Below are positions 13,291 to 27,610 of a stretch of 64,000 bases of DNA, in pieces. The stretch spans positions 46,314,001-46,378,000 of the forward strand of contig OX597837.1 in NCBI GenBank assembly GCA_951406725.2, written 5' to 3'. Under the pieces are notes generated by a model, which was given only the letters and a program-made list of their open reading frames with translations, was not told the origin of the DNA and did no database searches. The stretch's first letter is position 1; every line of letters begins with the position of its first letter. The DNA is from Octopus vulgaris. Lineage: Eukaryota. The position numbers and the translations under genes were made by a program.

Positions 13291-14648
13291 CTAATACTGA
13301 CCAAGTCTATCATAGTAATTCATCATCATCATCATCATCGTCGTTTAACGTCCGTTCTCCATGCTAGCATGGGTTGGACGGTTCGACCGGGGATCTGGGA
13401 AGCCAGAAGGCTGCACCAGGCTCCAACTTTTGAAGAACTTAGAACATCCATTTGTTTTTCAGGTTGCACCACAAAAGTCACAAACAGGATCAGCACTAAC
13501 AAGAAAGGCTTCACGTTTTTCAGGTTTTCCCCTCAAATTGGGTGGTGTTTGATTTAATAATGTTTGAAGGAAGAAAGCCACTTCTTTTTGGTGAGATTTT
13601 CCATTTTACTTGAGCCCCACACCTTATCTGAGGGATTGAGTAAAATTGGATTTTAAAGTTTGTTTTGCAAATTTGTCAGATTTCCTTTAAAAAACACAAA
13701 AAATAAAACAAAAATCCCTTTGAAGAAATAATATTCACCAAGGATCAATATAATACACGTAGAGTGAAAGAGTGTCTAGTTGAAACAAAGAGAGAGAGAA
13801 GCGGAGACGAATGTGTCAAGTGTCTGCTCAGCAAGGAACTGGCATTGTTTTTTATGACAACAATAGATATTATCAGAGAGAAGAGAAAACACCGATGGTC
13901 ATCTGATGCTGAAGGAAAAGTCAATAACAACAACAACAAGGAAGGAAAAAGTGGCCAGAGAAATGTTTCAGTCATTAGACTGCAGCTATGCTGGGGGCTG
14001 TGCCTTGAGAAATTCGACCATTTGGTTAATAGCTAAATGTGCTGATTTGCACCATTAAGAAGTTTATTCAACTTCAACAAAGATTTTCAAATTTGACATC
14101 TTCAGAGTCAGTTGTTAACGACAACATTTTCAGTGCAGTCAACCAGAACAGTAGCAGTGATACACCAGGGTCATGGGTGGATACCCTTCTTATATATCAT
14201 CATCATTGTTTAAATACCCACTTTCCCAAAATTGCATGGGACAGAGACAGAACTCACTGGGGAAGATTTTCTATGGCTGGATGCTTTTCCTGTTGCCGAC
14301 CTTCACCTATTTCCAAGTAAGGTAATATTTACCCATGACCAGACATATTTTCCATGGAAGACTGGGAATGAAGGACACTGCTTACATGACAGTGTCAATC
14401 ACAACCATCATGCAAGGAGACAACACACACAACAGGCTTCTTTCAGTTTCCGTCTCCCGAATCCACTCAAAAGATTTTAGTTTGCTCCTGGCTAGAGAGC
14501 AGACACTTGGGCAAAGTGCTGTGCAGTGAGACTGAACCCAAAACCATTTAGTTGGGAAGCAAACATCTTACCACACAGTCACTGTTACTTCATCTCTGAT
14601 TGTTGTCAACAAATAAAAGAAATCATAACTTCTCTAAGAAATATTTAC

Positions 14649-14756
14649 CAAAGAGATCTTCTGGCAAAAGACTGCGGTCATCTGAGCAAAAAGATACGCT
14701 ACGTGTACTTTCATTTGCTTTATCACAGATGGATTTATTCTTTGGATTATTGGAAT
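14649..14756 (-). CDS. RAD52: RAD52 coding exon
   Basis: Acceptor atttcttcttcag, donor gtaaat; 108 nt, phase 1-1; (D)SNNPKNKSICDKANESTRSVSFCSDDRSLLPEDLF. Confidence 0.8.
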
Positions 14757-14904
14757 CTGAAGAAGAAATATTAAGCCATTTGTTTGGTTTTTTAAGAAAA
14801 TGCAAGAACTGCTCCTCAAAGTTTTAAAAATACTGCCCCATTTATTTTAGTAACAATTCTTCAATGCCCTGTCCCTTGTTATGATTCAAAGTGCTTCTCC
14901 ATTT

Positions 14905-15126
14905 TTAACCATTTTACATTCACATTACGGTAAACAAATGTAATTATTATTTATTCCCATTGTTTTGGATTAATCAGATTTTATCTCATGACTTTGAGAT
15001 TTTGATGAAGTGTTTATTTTTAGAATGACATTGTAGTAAATGCGCGAGAAGCCAGATCTGGTTGGTTTGAGCATAAAACAATGTATTTGTGCTTGATATG
15101 GAGATTTTTAAATGCTGAAGGGTGAA
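14905..15126. mobile_element. Degenerate TTAA-type MITE
   Basis: ttaaccattttacatt ... aatgctgaagggtgaa imperfect termini. Confidence 0.5.
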
Positions 15127-15710
15127 TGCAGATGCATGTAGTATCAGGCCAAAGGGATTTCGTTCTGGGAACTTGTTGGATGTGCCTGAGTACTAATCTG
15201 AGTACAATGGATGTGGCTAACTACTTATCTGAGTACAATACTGCTCTAAGCTGATGTTTGGTGCATCACCGCTTGGTCTTAGTTTTTTTATACAACCTTT
15301 AGCACATGGCTTCAACCAAACCCAGGTACCGATTCTCTGTGAAGACACGGAAAGTATTTGGTAACTGCTTATCTAAGAGTTTGAAGCTCACAAAGGAGAT
15401 CATGAATGAGTGCTACAAGTGGGGAGACACTGTGCTGGGGAAATCCTATCCAACCCATGCATGTAGGGAAAATGGGATATGATGATGATGATGATAACAC
15501 ATATGAACATAAAAGGCAAGCATGTTCATAAAAACAGGTTTTGTTATTTAAAAGAATCAGTTTTGATTCTGACTCTCCATCTCCTCCTCTCCCTCCTGCC
15601 ATTAGCATCAAAGTATCAAGAGTGCATTCTCTCATAGCTAATCCTCATTATTGCCATCATCATCATCTCCACCACTGTCATCACCATCAAAAGCAAAAAA
15701 AAACACTTAC

Positions 15711-15850
15711 CACCAGCAGCAGTATTATTTGTTCCTTCAGTTTTCTGTTGGGCTTTGTTATTGTTGCGCATTCTTTGGAATTCTTCTTGCTTCTGTTTTT
15801 GTCTCAGAATTCGTTCCTGGCGCTTATCTTCAGTGAAGCATGGAGAGACC
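15711..15850 (-). CDS. RAD52: RAD52 coding exon containing RQK motif
   Basis: Acceptor aaaaaacag, donor gtaagt; 140 nt, phase 2 to 1; VSPCFTEDKRQERILRQKQKQEEFQRMR resembles human HQRKLRQKQLQQQFRERM (RPA-binding region, recalled). Confidence 0.88.
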
Positions 15851-16405
15851 CTGTTTTTTAAGAACACAAGACATCAACATCAATATGCACATATGGTTGT
15901 GATGCATGTACCCGGTGCACCCTTTGTATATTTGTACCCCAGTGTCACTTTGATGGCATGCCCTGCTTTCTTGCTCAATAATAATAATAATGATAATAAA
16001 AATTCTTTCTGATTTAGGGACAAGGCCAGCAGTTTTAAGGGGAAGGGATTAGATGATACTGTCAACTCCTGTACATAACTGGTCTTAACACTTCTGACCT
16101 TGGAGTGATGAAAAATAAAGTTGACCATAGCAAAATTAGAACTCTTGATCTAGGGAACCAGAAGGAACACTGCAGAGCATATTTTCTGCCAATCTATTAT
16201 CCTCAACAATAATAACGGGTTTCTAATTAAGCTAGTGATTTTGAGGAGATGTGGGAGATAAGTTGATGACAGCATTGATACCAAGATTTTACTGAAATGA
16301 TGAAAGGCAAAGTTGTCCTAGGCAGAATTTGAACTCAGAATGTCAAGAGGAAAAAGAAATACCACCAAAGCATTTTGTCTAAAACCCTGTTCTGCCAGTT
16401 CACTG

Positions 16406-16443
<38 letters not shown>

Positions 16444-17399
16444 GGTGGTGGTGAGAGAGGTAGTTACTGTCTGACATTAAATTCAAGCTGCAACCGTTGA
16501 AAAATATCCCACCCAAATGTGGAGAGATTATCATACTCATCTGCTTTAAATAAATAGATTTAAAAAAAAAAAACAGTCTAAGACCATTGCAAAATGATAA
16601 GAGGAGAGAGATAGACTGATAAAGTATAGTGTGTGTGTGTGTATGAGTCTCTCGAGTGTATGTGCAGATAAAGACACACACACATATATATATATATATA
16701 TAGCTAGAGAGAAAGGGAGAAGTAGGGGAAGGCATATGCATACAGATAACGTATACGGTATGAAGATGCATCTGTATGTGTGTATATATATATATATATA
16801 CACATACATAAGTATAGGCATACATATATACACATGTATGTGTGTAAGTGTACAAAGAAAGCCTCTATATAAGTAGCAGTGTTGTTGGTGGTGGTGAAAG
16901 TTTAGAATAAGATATTCACAGACCATCTTCCTGTGTGATAAAAATGTGGCTTGACTCAAAGACCAAATTTTGGGCAAGATCATTCACCTTTCAGACAATT
17001 TTATTTACATTATATTTTTTTTTCAGACATGTGTGTCCACACACACACACACACACACAAGCACATAATACTTCCAAGCAATTCACTTTAGGTTTATATA
17101 ATTAATGAGGAAAATGGAAACTGGATTTGGTATGAACCTTTATTCAACATGATGCTCATTTCAACCCATCCTGCAGCTGCCCCTTACAGGTAGGTTATTG
17201 TGCATCTAGTTGTGTTGCATCATGCAATGCAGTCGGTGTCACCTGAGGCATTTGGTGTAATAAGATAATAGTACTACATATTCTGAGTTCCTCTTGGCAT
17301 GTTCTACTCGCTTGTTCTACCCACACACTATAAGCACCAAAATATATACTTCAAATGTTTCAGTGCTTACAATAAATAACTCATGTCTCACTTCCATAG

Positions 17400-17770
17400 A
17401 GCAATTACGGCAGAACACGTGTGTTATAAACCTTAACTTTAGTTTCGATAGACATGCTATGGTGTGGCCAGAGACCCTTGTCAAGCCTACCAAAGGAATC
17501 ACAATCTTTGCTAATTCTATATGAAATTTCATTACCAAGACCAGGAGTGCTCAGCATACTTCCTAAATATTGTCGAACCAATCCTGGTGCTTTGTGTGTA
17601 TCACAGAAACAGCTGTAAGTCATTGAAGTGCATCCTTTATTCCTTTCTCATCTCAATGTCTTATCATCGCTCTGTGCTCGACGAATGCTTCATTCAGAAG
17701 CATATGTCTATTGAGTTCTCCTCACACCAGGTCTTTAGTCTCACGATGCCTATTAGTATTGCATGGCTGC
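17400..17770 (-). mobile_element. RTE-clade LINE fragment
   Basis: YLGSMLS...NEISYRISKDCDSFGRLDKGLW...SIETKVKVYNTRVLP, typical RTE post-RT region. Confidence 0.7.
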
Positions 17771-18829
17771 TATCCAATGACTGAAACAAGTGAGAGACAG
17801 ACAGACACACACACAAATCTAAAATCCAATGCACAACATTTGAAATTTTACCCCCCCCCCCCACATTAGTCTTATCCAATTTTGTATCTCAGGAGACTAA
17901 AAAAATAAAACAAGAAAAAAATCATGTATGGGCGATGTCCCTCCTACTTCTCTTCCTCACCACCACTACCATCATAATCTTCATCAAACAACTGAATAGA
18001 ATGAAAGATAAAAAAACAAAAACAAAAACTGATATCCACCGAACATTCTCCTTGATATTATTAGAGTATAAATGTTTAATTAGGCAAGTGACAGCTTCAG
18101 AGATTGCTGTAGATTTATGAGGTGACAGTTCATGTCTATTTTATCTCCCTTCTCTCTCTTTATCCCTAAAATTTACCCTGCCCCAACCTGAAACAAATTA
18201 GATAACCTTAATCCATGCAGATAAAACTTCCAGGATTTTTTTTTTTAAATTGCCTTTTTATCCTTTCTCCATCCATTAACCATGGGTGGATGGAAACAGC
18301 TGGATATCTCCTTTCCTGGCAATTATCTTCTCAGCTGTGAAGCAGGAAAGATTGTCTGTTGTTGTTGTTTAGCCCTAGGCTACTGCTAACTGTTATTTGA
18401 GCAGATCTGTGATCAAAGGTATTCCAGTCTGAAGGGAACACGCAAGTTGCCTCGTAATTTAAAAATGAAGTAATTGTTCTTATAACCATTCAGAAGCTCC
18501 CTCCTTAGTTTGTATTGTTGTTGATGCAGCAGCAGCAGCCATCCAATAATTTGGACCTGGAGATCCTCCATTTCCAGCGACTTCAAGGGCCACTTCCCAG
18601 TGGTGTCAGGCATCAACAAAGAGCCCTCGACTACAACAAGACGACCAAAGTTTTTTTTTTCCCCCACAGTCTGGGGTCTCCCGCCCCTAAGCCCTAGACC
18701 ATCACCTAATCACCCTTACCCGTCTTGTTGCTTAACAAGACCAACAACAGCAGTAGTAGTAGTAGTGATGGTGGTGTTACTACATTTCTTCTTCCTCTTC
18801 TGAGAAGAGTAAGGCTATGACCACTGCCC

Positions 18830-19100
18830 AGTGATCATAGAAGAGTGCCACTTCTGCCTGGCTGACCATATTCTCCATCAAGCCAACCAACATCTCTCAA
18901 AAATAGTCACGACTTGAGTGCTACCTGTTGGCAGGTGTAGAAAAGGGCAGGCTAAAGATCGTTAGAGAGCAAACATTTCAGGGTAACCCAAAGACAGTCG
19001 ATATTATGTGGAATGGATGTGCAAGAGTAGCAGCCAACTGAATCCAGAGGAGGAAGCTTGCTGCCCAATGCACTGAGAAGCAGAGAAGGAACTAAAGCTA
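18830..19100 (+). mobile_element. RTE-type LINE 3' end, decayed
   Basis: LADHILHQ...GRCRKGQAK...WNGCARVAAN*IQRRKLAAQCTEKQRRN* resembles an RTE ORF2 C-terminus. Confidence 0.55.
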
Positions 19101-19779
19101 AGCAGTAGTGGTCAGAAAAGGATCAAAGGTCCTTTCCAAACTATAGATTCATGAGGCTGGATTTTGTGGCATATATATTCACCCCTTGGATAAGATGCCA
19201 ATCTGTTGCAGGATTATTCATTTTTGCCAGCTGAGTGGACTGAGCAACGTGAAATGAAGTGTTTTGTTCTTAGAACACAACACATCACCCAGTCCAGGAA
19301 TTGAAACCACAATCTCATGAGTGCAATATCCTAACCACTAAACCACGCACCTCCACTAAGTAGTAGCAGATATCACTTCAGGTCAAGCAGATCCATAATG
19401 AAAGACATCACAACTTCATTTTCTATTTCAGTAACCCTGATTGCAGATCCTTCTTGTTGGCTCTCAAAAGAAAACATGTTAGGTCGGCTGAGGCCTGTAA
19501 AGTTATGAGCCTGGCCCTAAATACAATGTCTGATGCTTTTGAGAATCCTGATTTGGATCTTAACCAACCTGCTACAACTGGCTGTAGACAAGTGCAGCAC
19601 TTATACGTTTTAGGAAGAAAAGAAATCTGAAAGTCACTTTTCCCTCCACAACATAAACCTTAAAATGTCTGCAGGTGAAAATAATCAAGGAATTATTACC
19701 AACAACAATCGTTATTTTAACTTCATCTGATCTAACGACCCTCCAATATTTGTTTTCCTTGTATGTCTCCACTTTCCTG

Positions 19780-20030
19780 TTTTTGTTACCAACTTTGACC
19801 CTCCAGAAATCCCAAATTTTATTTTGGTTTTTGCAGGAGCAACTGCCTTTGAAGACTCATATTGTTGTTCAATGGCTGACATGAGGAGTAGATGGACAGC
19901 CGACAACTGATGAAGGGTCGTTCTTTATGTTACTTGTCCTGTTTTTTATTTGTTTCTTTTGTTGTTTGTGTATCAACTCATTTGTTTTTGTATTTCAGTT
20001 TGTGACGTCCTGTACCCATATATGCATACA
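19780..20030 (+). mobile_element. Penelope-like/retrozyme-like terminal repeat, copy 1 of an inverted pair
   Basis: Aligns by eye with the reverse complement of 20120-20395; contains CTGATGA at 19907-19913; ends in a TA-rich microsatellite. Confidence 0.55.
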
Positions 20031-20119
20031 CATATCTATATTAACATAAATAATATATAAATATATGCATATATACATACATATATGTACATACCTACTT
20101 ATATATGTATATATATATA

Positions 20120-20395
20120 CATGCATATATGGGTACAGGGCATCAAAAAAACGTTGAACACAATGAGAAACAAAAACATAGAAAACGAACTATTTTTCGA
20201 ACAACGAAGAAAACAAACAGAGAAATGAGACATACAACATAAAGAATATTCCCCTTCTTCAGTTGCCCCTGTCTCATCTACTCCGTGTTCCCAAAGGTAA
20301 GGACAATACGTGACTTCATTGAAACAGTCCTTCCCGCAAAGCAAATTAAATAAAATTTTGGGGTTTCTTGTGGAGGGTGAAAGTGTTAACAAGGA
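20120..20395 (-). mobile_element. Penelope-like/retrozyme-like terminal repeat, copy 2 of an inverted pair
   Basis: Shares cccaaattttatt, ggagtagatg, caactgaNgaaggg, ttctttatgtt and cctgtacccatatatgcat blocks with copy 1. Confidence 0.55.
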
Positions 20396-20587
20396 GCAAT
20401 TTTTACCTAGATTTGGCTGTTATTTGTAGCTGGATGGACTGCCATGTATAAACCCTTTTATTATTGTAGAGTTGTTGTTATTTAGCCCAGATATGTTTAG
20501 TTTAAGTAATACATGATTAAAAACATTCCAGGAGTGGCCAACCATACCTACTTTTATTAAGAAAAGATGTATATAGAATTATAATAT

Positions 20588-20694
20588 TTAACCCTTTCTT
20601 TACCAAACTGGCTCTGGATCTGAGTACAAATGTCTTGTTTTCATAAGATTTTATTTAAAATCTTCCAAAATAAATACAGTAACGAAAGGGTTAA
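20588..20694. mobile_element. TTAA-flanked (piggyBac-like) MITE
   Basis: ttaa-ccctttctttac ... gtaacgaaaggg-ttaa. Confidence 0.7.
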
Positions 20695-21084
20695 TGTGAT
20701 TTTTGCCTTTTTAAATATGGCAGAATGTAATTTGAGGATCTCCCAGCAGCTTATTTTGATCAGATCAAACAAACTCGTAGAGGTTAATTTGTTAGCTTGC
20801 CATTTTGTAATGTTTACAACAATATGTGACTCTCTTGCAACGACCATGATGAAATCAAAAGATATGACACTACTTCCAAAATGTATACACACACACTTAC
20901 AAGTGTATATATATGTTGTACAGTTATTATAAACAATAAGTAAATAAAACCATGTTTACACCACAAGGGAGACATTTCAATTACAGAACAAAATGAACTT
21001 CTCTTTTTTCTATTCACTCTGAAAGTAACTTCATGAGAAACCCCCAAAGACATAACAATGTCTATATAATGTATACATAGCAAC

Positions 21085-21275
21085 CTTGCTGGGAGAGATA
21101 AAGAAATTGGGTCCAGAACTGGGGAGGATAGATTCGCTTTCAGTAAGCTTTACCATTGGCTTTAGAACAGTCACGATGAATCATTGAAGGTGAAAGTCAA
21201 TGTGTATGGGTCAGTGATTTTGACACCATTGCTTTATGGTGCCGAATCTTGAACCTTCTACTGAAAGCACATTTG
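21085..21275 (+). mobile_element. RTE-clade LINE fragment
   Basis: DKEIGSRTG...AFSKL...SLKVKVNVYGSVILTPLLYGAES*T. Confidence 0.7.
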
Positions 21276-23474
21276 GTGTTCACAAGAGAATCCATTATCA
21301 TATATATATATACACACATCTGTAAATAATTGTCACATATTACATTTACAGATGAGCTTCAGCAGGTCCACTTTGAAGTCTTCCAGATAAATTCCTCTTT
21401 CATTCTTTTGTTGTCTTACCATTTTTATCAATATATATACACACACACACACACACACTCACAGGCAAATCAAAAATAAGAAACAAGAAAAACAACACAA
21501 TTCAAAGGGATGTAGAATGTGTGTGTGTATATACATATATATACAAATAGGCAAGCATGGCTGTGTGGTTAGAAGTTTACCTCCCAACTACACAGTTCTG
21601 AGTTCAGTCCCACTGTGTGGTACCTTGGGCAAGTGTCTTCTATTACAGCCTCAGCCCAATGAATGCCTTGTGAGTGTATTTGGTAGACGGAAACTGAAAG
21701 AAGCCTGTTGTTTATATTGTGTTTGTGTCTCCTTGTCTTCACATCATGTAATAGTTGTAAATGAGCGTCCCTGTTATACAAGCAGTGTCATTCATTTCCA
21801 ATATTCTGTCCATGCATGGGGAAATGTTACTTTACTTGGAAACAGGTGAGAGTTAGTGACGAAGAAGGGCATCCAACCATAGAAAATCTGCCTCAATAAG
21901 CTCCATCCGACCCATGCAGAAATGGAAAGGTGGACGTTAGACTGATGATGATAATGATATTTTTTAGTCTTTCATTTGCTTCAGTCACTAGACTGTGGCC
22001 ATGCTGGGGTCTTACCTTGAAGGCTTTAGTTGAACAACTTGACTTATTTTGTTACTTCTAAGCCTGGTACTTATTGTATCAGCATCTTTTTAACAAACTG
22101 CTAAGTTACAGGGACATAAACAAACCAACACCAGTTGTCAAGCAGGGGATAAACACAAATATAAAGAAACACACACATTTTTATATATGAGCTTCTTTAA
22201 AGTTTTCAATGACCAAATTCACTCACAGGGCTTTGGTTGGCCTGAGGCTATAGTAGGAGACACTTGACCAAGGTGCTACACTTTGGAATGGAACCTAGAA
22301 CCATGAGGTTGGGAAAGAAACTTCTTACCACACAGTCATGTCTGTGTCTAAAATTAAGTTGCTGCATAGAATCTACATAGAATCTACAAAGCCATTTCCC
22401 TCAATATTACTCCTCCGCCTCCCAGCTGAAGGTTTCTTTGTCTTGCAGGTTACTTGAATACCCTGTTGGTGCTGATGCCAAGTAACTTTAAGATGGATTG
22501 AAATCTAAGAATATTTACTCCTTCAAAAAACATCAAAATTATTTATGGTTAATCACTTCATTTTGGTAAACGAGTCAATTATAATTTTTCCAAATTGTTC
22601 AATTTAGCATCATCAGCATCATTTAACATCCGCTTTCCATGCTAGCATGGGTTGGATGATTTGACTGAGGACTGGTGAACCAGATGGCTGCACCAGGCCC
22701 CAATCTTGATCTGGCAGAGTTTCTACAGCTGGATGCCCTTCCTAATGCCAACCACTCTGAGAATGTAGTGGGTGCTTTTTACATGCCACCGGCACAGGGC
22801 CATTGCATAATATTTTCCAATCAATTGCTGACAATGTGTTGCTGAACATTGTCTGTAGCATGTACCTACAGCCAACCACAGACCAAGGCAAGATTTGTCT
22901 GTGCATGTGTGAATCACTATCATTGTCTTAATGTTCACTTTTCCATGCTTACAGAGTTTATTGAGGCAAATTCTCTACAGCTGGATGTTCTTCCTGTTGC
23001 CAACCCTCACCTCTTTCCGAGTAAAGTATTAATTCAACCCATGGCTAAACATGGTTACAGGGAAGACTAGAAATGAGGGAATCCACTATGATGGTGGCAC
23101 TGGTGCTAATTGTCAAGAGGAGACACACACACACACACAACAAGCTTCTTTCAGTTTCAGTCTACAAAATTTACTCACAACACTTTTGTCCTCCTGGGGC
23201 TTTAATAGAAGTCACATGCCAAAGATTCCACATAATGGAACTGAATCTGAAACCATGTGGTTTTGAAAATCTTCATCACACAGTCGTAAGTCTTTGGACT
23301 GCAACCATATTGAGCATTCTGGGGGCTCTGATTCCAGGGGTTTGATTCAATTGTATCTTGAATTAATTATTAATATGGAGTAGATTTGACCCCATTCTAC
23401 AAGACTCCTGGAAAAAGTGTGTGTGTGGTGGGGAGGAAACATAGATGTAGTTTGATCTTAATACCACAGTTCCC

Positions 23475-23510
<36 letters not shown>

Positions 23511-25849
23511 GAAACATAATATTTTTGGAGCAAAACCAAATACATTTTCTGAAATAGGAGTGAAATCATAACAATAACAAAATAACAACATTAACAAACA
23601 AATAAATATAAAAGTAGAATAAAATCTAGATGGTTCCTTCAGTTCTCAAAACAAGGATCAAAAAGGAAATCTAATTTTGGCACAAAGCTGCAAATTAGGC
23701 AACAAGACATAGCAAATTAGATCCACCTCAGTACATGACTGGTACTTACTCGGTCAACTTTGGAAACCTTTCTGGAATGAACACGAAGTTCAACAGATCT
23801 TCTCAAGTACTTAACTGGTACTTACAAAGTACCAGAAAGAAATTGTAATTTAGACAAACGGCCTCAAGTATGGTTGCAGTGTATCAGTTTCATTGTTGGA
23901 CAGATCAACTGCCGTGTTTGATTCATACTTATTTTCACAACCCAGGAAGAAATTCTAACTTAGTTAAGGGGCCACAAATATGGTGTAGAGTACCAGATAA
24001 AAAACATTTTTTTCATTAGAACCATCTCAGCATTTAATTGGTAATTATTTTTAAACAACCCAGGAAGAAATTCTAACTTAAACACAACCCAGCCCTCCCC
24101 ATAAAAGATTTTTGGGGAGATGAGGTATTAATCCCAGCACTTAAAAAAAACCCTCAGCCCTTTCTTTCATTCTCTCTCTTTCTCTTTCTTTCTTTCTCTC
24201 TCTCTCTCTCCCTTCATGTGAAGAACACAAAGTTATTAGGTCAAGTAAGAGAACAGTTTGTAAGAAGATACTGTCAGACAACACTGATTCTGGTGGCAAA
24301 AATGCCTTGGAGCTCAATTGGGAAGGTGGAGGGGGGGATGAGTTGGAGGTGGTGACAGTGGTGGTGGTGATGTGGTAGTGAGAGGGAAAGGATAAGGTTG
24401 CAAGCAAGGAAAAAAAACCCCTAAAACAGTGCACTGATCCTCCTCCTCCACCACCAGTGACAACAACAAGAGAACCTTTAAGTGGTAGCCTGGTTTGCTT
24501 GAAACAGCAGCCAAAAATCTCTTCAATTACAGCCTATCAGTCTTTAAAACAAGGTCACATTGGATAATGTAGTCCAAGGTATACAGTGGCTCATGAAAAG
24601 GCAGAGTGATCACAATTGGAATGTCTTTGATCATGAGTCTGATCAGAACAGACCTGGGGTTAAATAACATGAAAACCACCAGAAATCTCTGCTCTCATCA
24701 ACCCTCCCAAGGGAGGAGGAGCCAGAATGGGGCAAGTCAGCAGAAATCGACACTGACTGTTGGATTGGGGATGAGAGAGAGGGAGGAGAGAGAGAGAGAG
24801 GGGAGATAAAGGAGAAAGAGGGAGAGAGAGAAGTAATGATAGAGAACAAGAAAATTGGAAAGAGAGAATGAGAAAAAGTAATGAAAAAGAGAGAGAAAAT
24901 GAAAGAAGAAATAAAAGAAAGAATAAAAAGATTATGTTTAAGAAAAAGGAAATAAAATATAAACAATAGGAGAGACCACTATGTGGATCCCTTGTATGCT
25001 AAAAATAGATGTCAAACCCTCTTACCACAAAATCTGTGTTCTCAAATTAGCAAGATTACAAACAAAAAATTCCACCGTTGCCACCACTTTGCAGCTCATA
25101 ATGATTTCAATTGAATCCAAATATATCCCCAATTTACTGTTTTGTTTTCACAAACCCCAGAAATCTTATATGGTTCCACCCAGGGGTCATATGAACCCTG
25201 CTTGAGCTCCACTGCCCTAGATCAACTCTGCTTGAACAGATGACCAAAGTGAAAGATAAACAATACACACACACACACACACACATGATCAGCTCCAAAA
25301 AGAAAACTGTCTTACCTGCCTAATTAAATGAGGCAGGCAGGACAATCATCACTATGGACTTGGCCGATAGACAGATCCATCCCACATGAAACAGCAGCTA
25401 TTTGACCTACTCCACAAGTCAGAAAATTCCCAGACACCGAACGACTGCATGCAGAATGGTATCACCACTTTGCATGCATCTTGAATGAGCCCATCTAACA
25501 GCACATTGATGCCTTTAGAGTTTATCTCAAACCAGTAGCACCCCTCCATAGCACTGCCAGGCCAAGGACTTCTGGGAATTATCCATGGTAGTTCCTGACC
25601 AGAAAGTCCACTGGAACAGATTAGCCACTTCATTTTTTGTTTTATACCCAGAGTCTTCCTGAGAATGTTGTCACACTTCCCCTCCACTAATCCTCTACAG
25701 ATTGCTAAAGTGAAATGTCGACTGATCCCATTGCTCATCTGGGGGAGGGTGGCAAGTGCCTGGCAACATTCTGGATACTAGGCACCCAGTCTTGGTTTTT
25801 CCTTCACTCAAAACTGCAGCTCCATCAAGGTGAGGATCTGTGGAAAGAC

Positions 25850-26450
25850 CTGTTGCACAAACAGTGCTCATACACATCCATAGTCTAGGAATCATTGCAG
25901 GTGGCACGGCCTCAGCGCATGTCTGTATATTAGCAGACATTGCATGCCTTAAGCAACCTCATACAGAGGTTGCTGGCAGTTGACAGGACATGAGAGACCC
26001 TACTTGTGGTGTGTGTACAGGAGTAGTGATCCCTTGAAACACCTGTAAAGTGTAATGTTTGGGAGGCCCTACAAAAGTGGTTGTTAGCTTCTCTGACCTA
26101 ATCAGCAGTGGGGAGGGTATACTGAAAGATGCATGGGACACAATTATATTAGGGTGGAAAAATTCCAGTGAATTGTTACTTTTGGTGAGAAGAAAGGGAT
26201 TCTCTCTGAGTGAAGCGAAAATTGTACAATGCTTGTCTCTGATCCATAATGCTGCATGGCAATGAGATGTGTCCACTGAATGCAGAGAGTGTGCAAAATT
26301 TGGAAGGGAATGAGATATGATCTGCTGGATGTGTAGTGTTGCTGTGCTTGAAATCACAGCATGGATAAGCTGAGAGAAAAACTAGGGATAAGAGGAATCG
26401 ATTGTAGTGAACAAGAGCAATGGTAGTGTTGGTATGAGTATGTGAAAGAA
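25850..26450 (+). mobile_element. RTE-clade LINE fragment
   Basis: VVVSFSDLISSGEG...GWKNSSELLLLVRRKGFSLS...MICWMCSV...LREKLGIRGI; frameshifted RTE ORF2 end. Confidence 0.7.
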
Positions 26451-27064
26451 GGTTTGCCAGTCCTCAGTCAAATCGTCCAATCCATGCTAGCATGGAAAGC
26501 GGATGTTAAACGACGATGATGATGATGATGAATCATCACAATGATAAATTTGTGTGTACATATATCTATATATGGGCATGTGTATATTATATACATTTAC
26601 AATTATTTAGAAGGTGCAGACATGGCTATGTGGTAAGAAGCTTGCTTCCCAACCATATGGTTTTTGGTTCAATCCCACTGCATGACACCTTGGGCAAGTG
26701 ACTTCTACTATGGCCTTGGGCCAACCAAGGCCTTACGAGTGGATACAGTGGATGGAAACTGAAAGAAGCTTAAACCCTTTGAGGTGGTGCTCCAGCATGG
26801 CTGCAGTCAAATGACTGAAACAAGTAAAAGATAAAAAAAATGCACACACATACACACACACGCATGCAATATACACACACTTGCAAACATATATATGTAT
26901 AAAAACATATATGTATATACACGCAGATAGAAACATATATGCGTAGTGTGAGTGTGTAAACAAAGATACAAACGCACATATAACTTTCATCGCACACATG
27001 GTTTGTTGTTTAGAGTATATGTTTATTCCATGAGGAATAGATAAAGATATATATATACATGTAC

Positions 27065-27097
<33 letters not shown>

Positions 27098-27610
27098 TGT
27101 AGATATATATATATATACACACATGTACATTATATATATACATGTACATATATATATATATACACACACACACACAAATATATATTAAAAAATGAAAAGG
27201 TTGTTGCATAATAGTTTTAACTTTCTTTAAAAACAAACGATTTGTAGTAACGATATTATGTATCATGTAATTAATTTTATGTTTGTAAATTGGAAACAAG
27301 ATAGGAGGGTGTGTATGGGGGGCAGGGGACGGGCACTTACAATTAATGTCTTGTTTTGGGGGTTTTGAACAGAGGACATCTGAACTTAAGTTTTATATTC
27401 TGGTAATTCTTTCACTACTGCAACCAGTACCACTACCATCACCACTACTACCGCCACAGCAATATCATAACCACCATCAGCATGAACATCACAGTTGCTC
27501 TTCTTCATAGACAGATTAAAATAAGATTAAACAGAAATAGTATAGCCCACACACACATATATATATACATGCATTGCTTTACACACTGATAAATAACAAG
27601 TGCTGCATCT

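Noticed and set aside
13430-13684. Minus-strand acceptor-like site in a RAD52 intron
   Set aside because: Early stops in all frames; no supporting similarity.
17600-17625. GAAACAGCTGTA half-hammerhead (similar near 43655)
   Set aside because: No CUGANGA core or stems found nearby.
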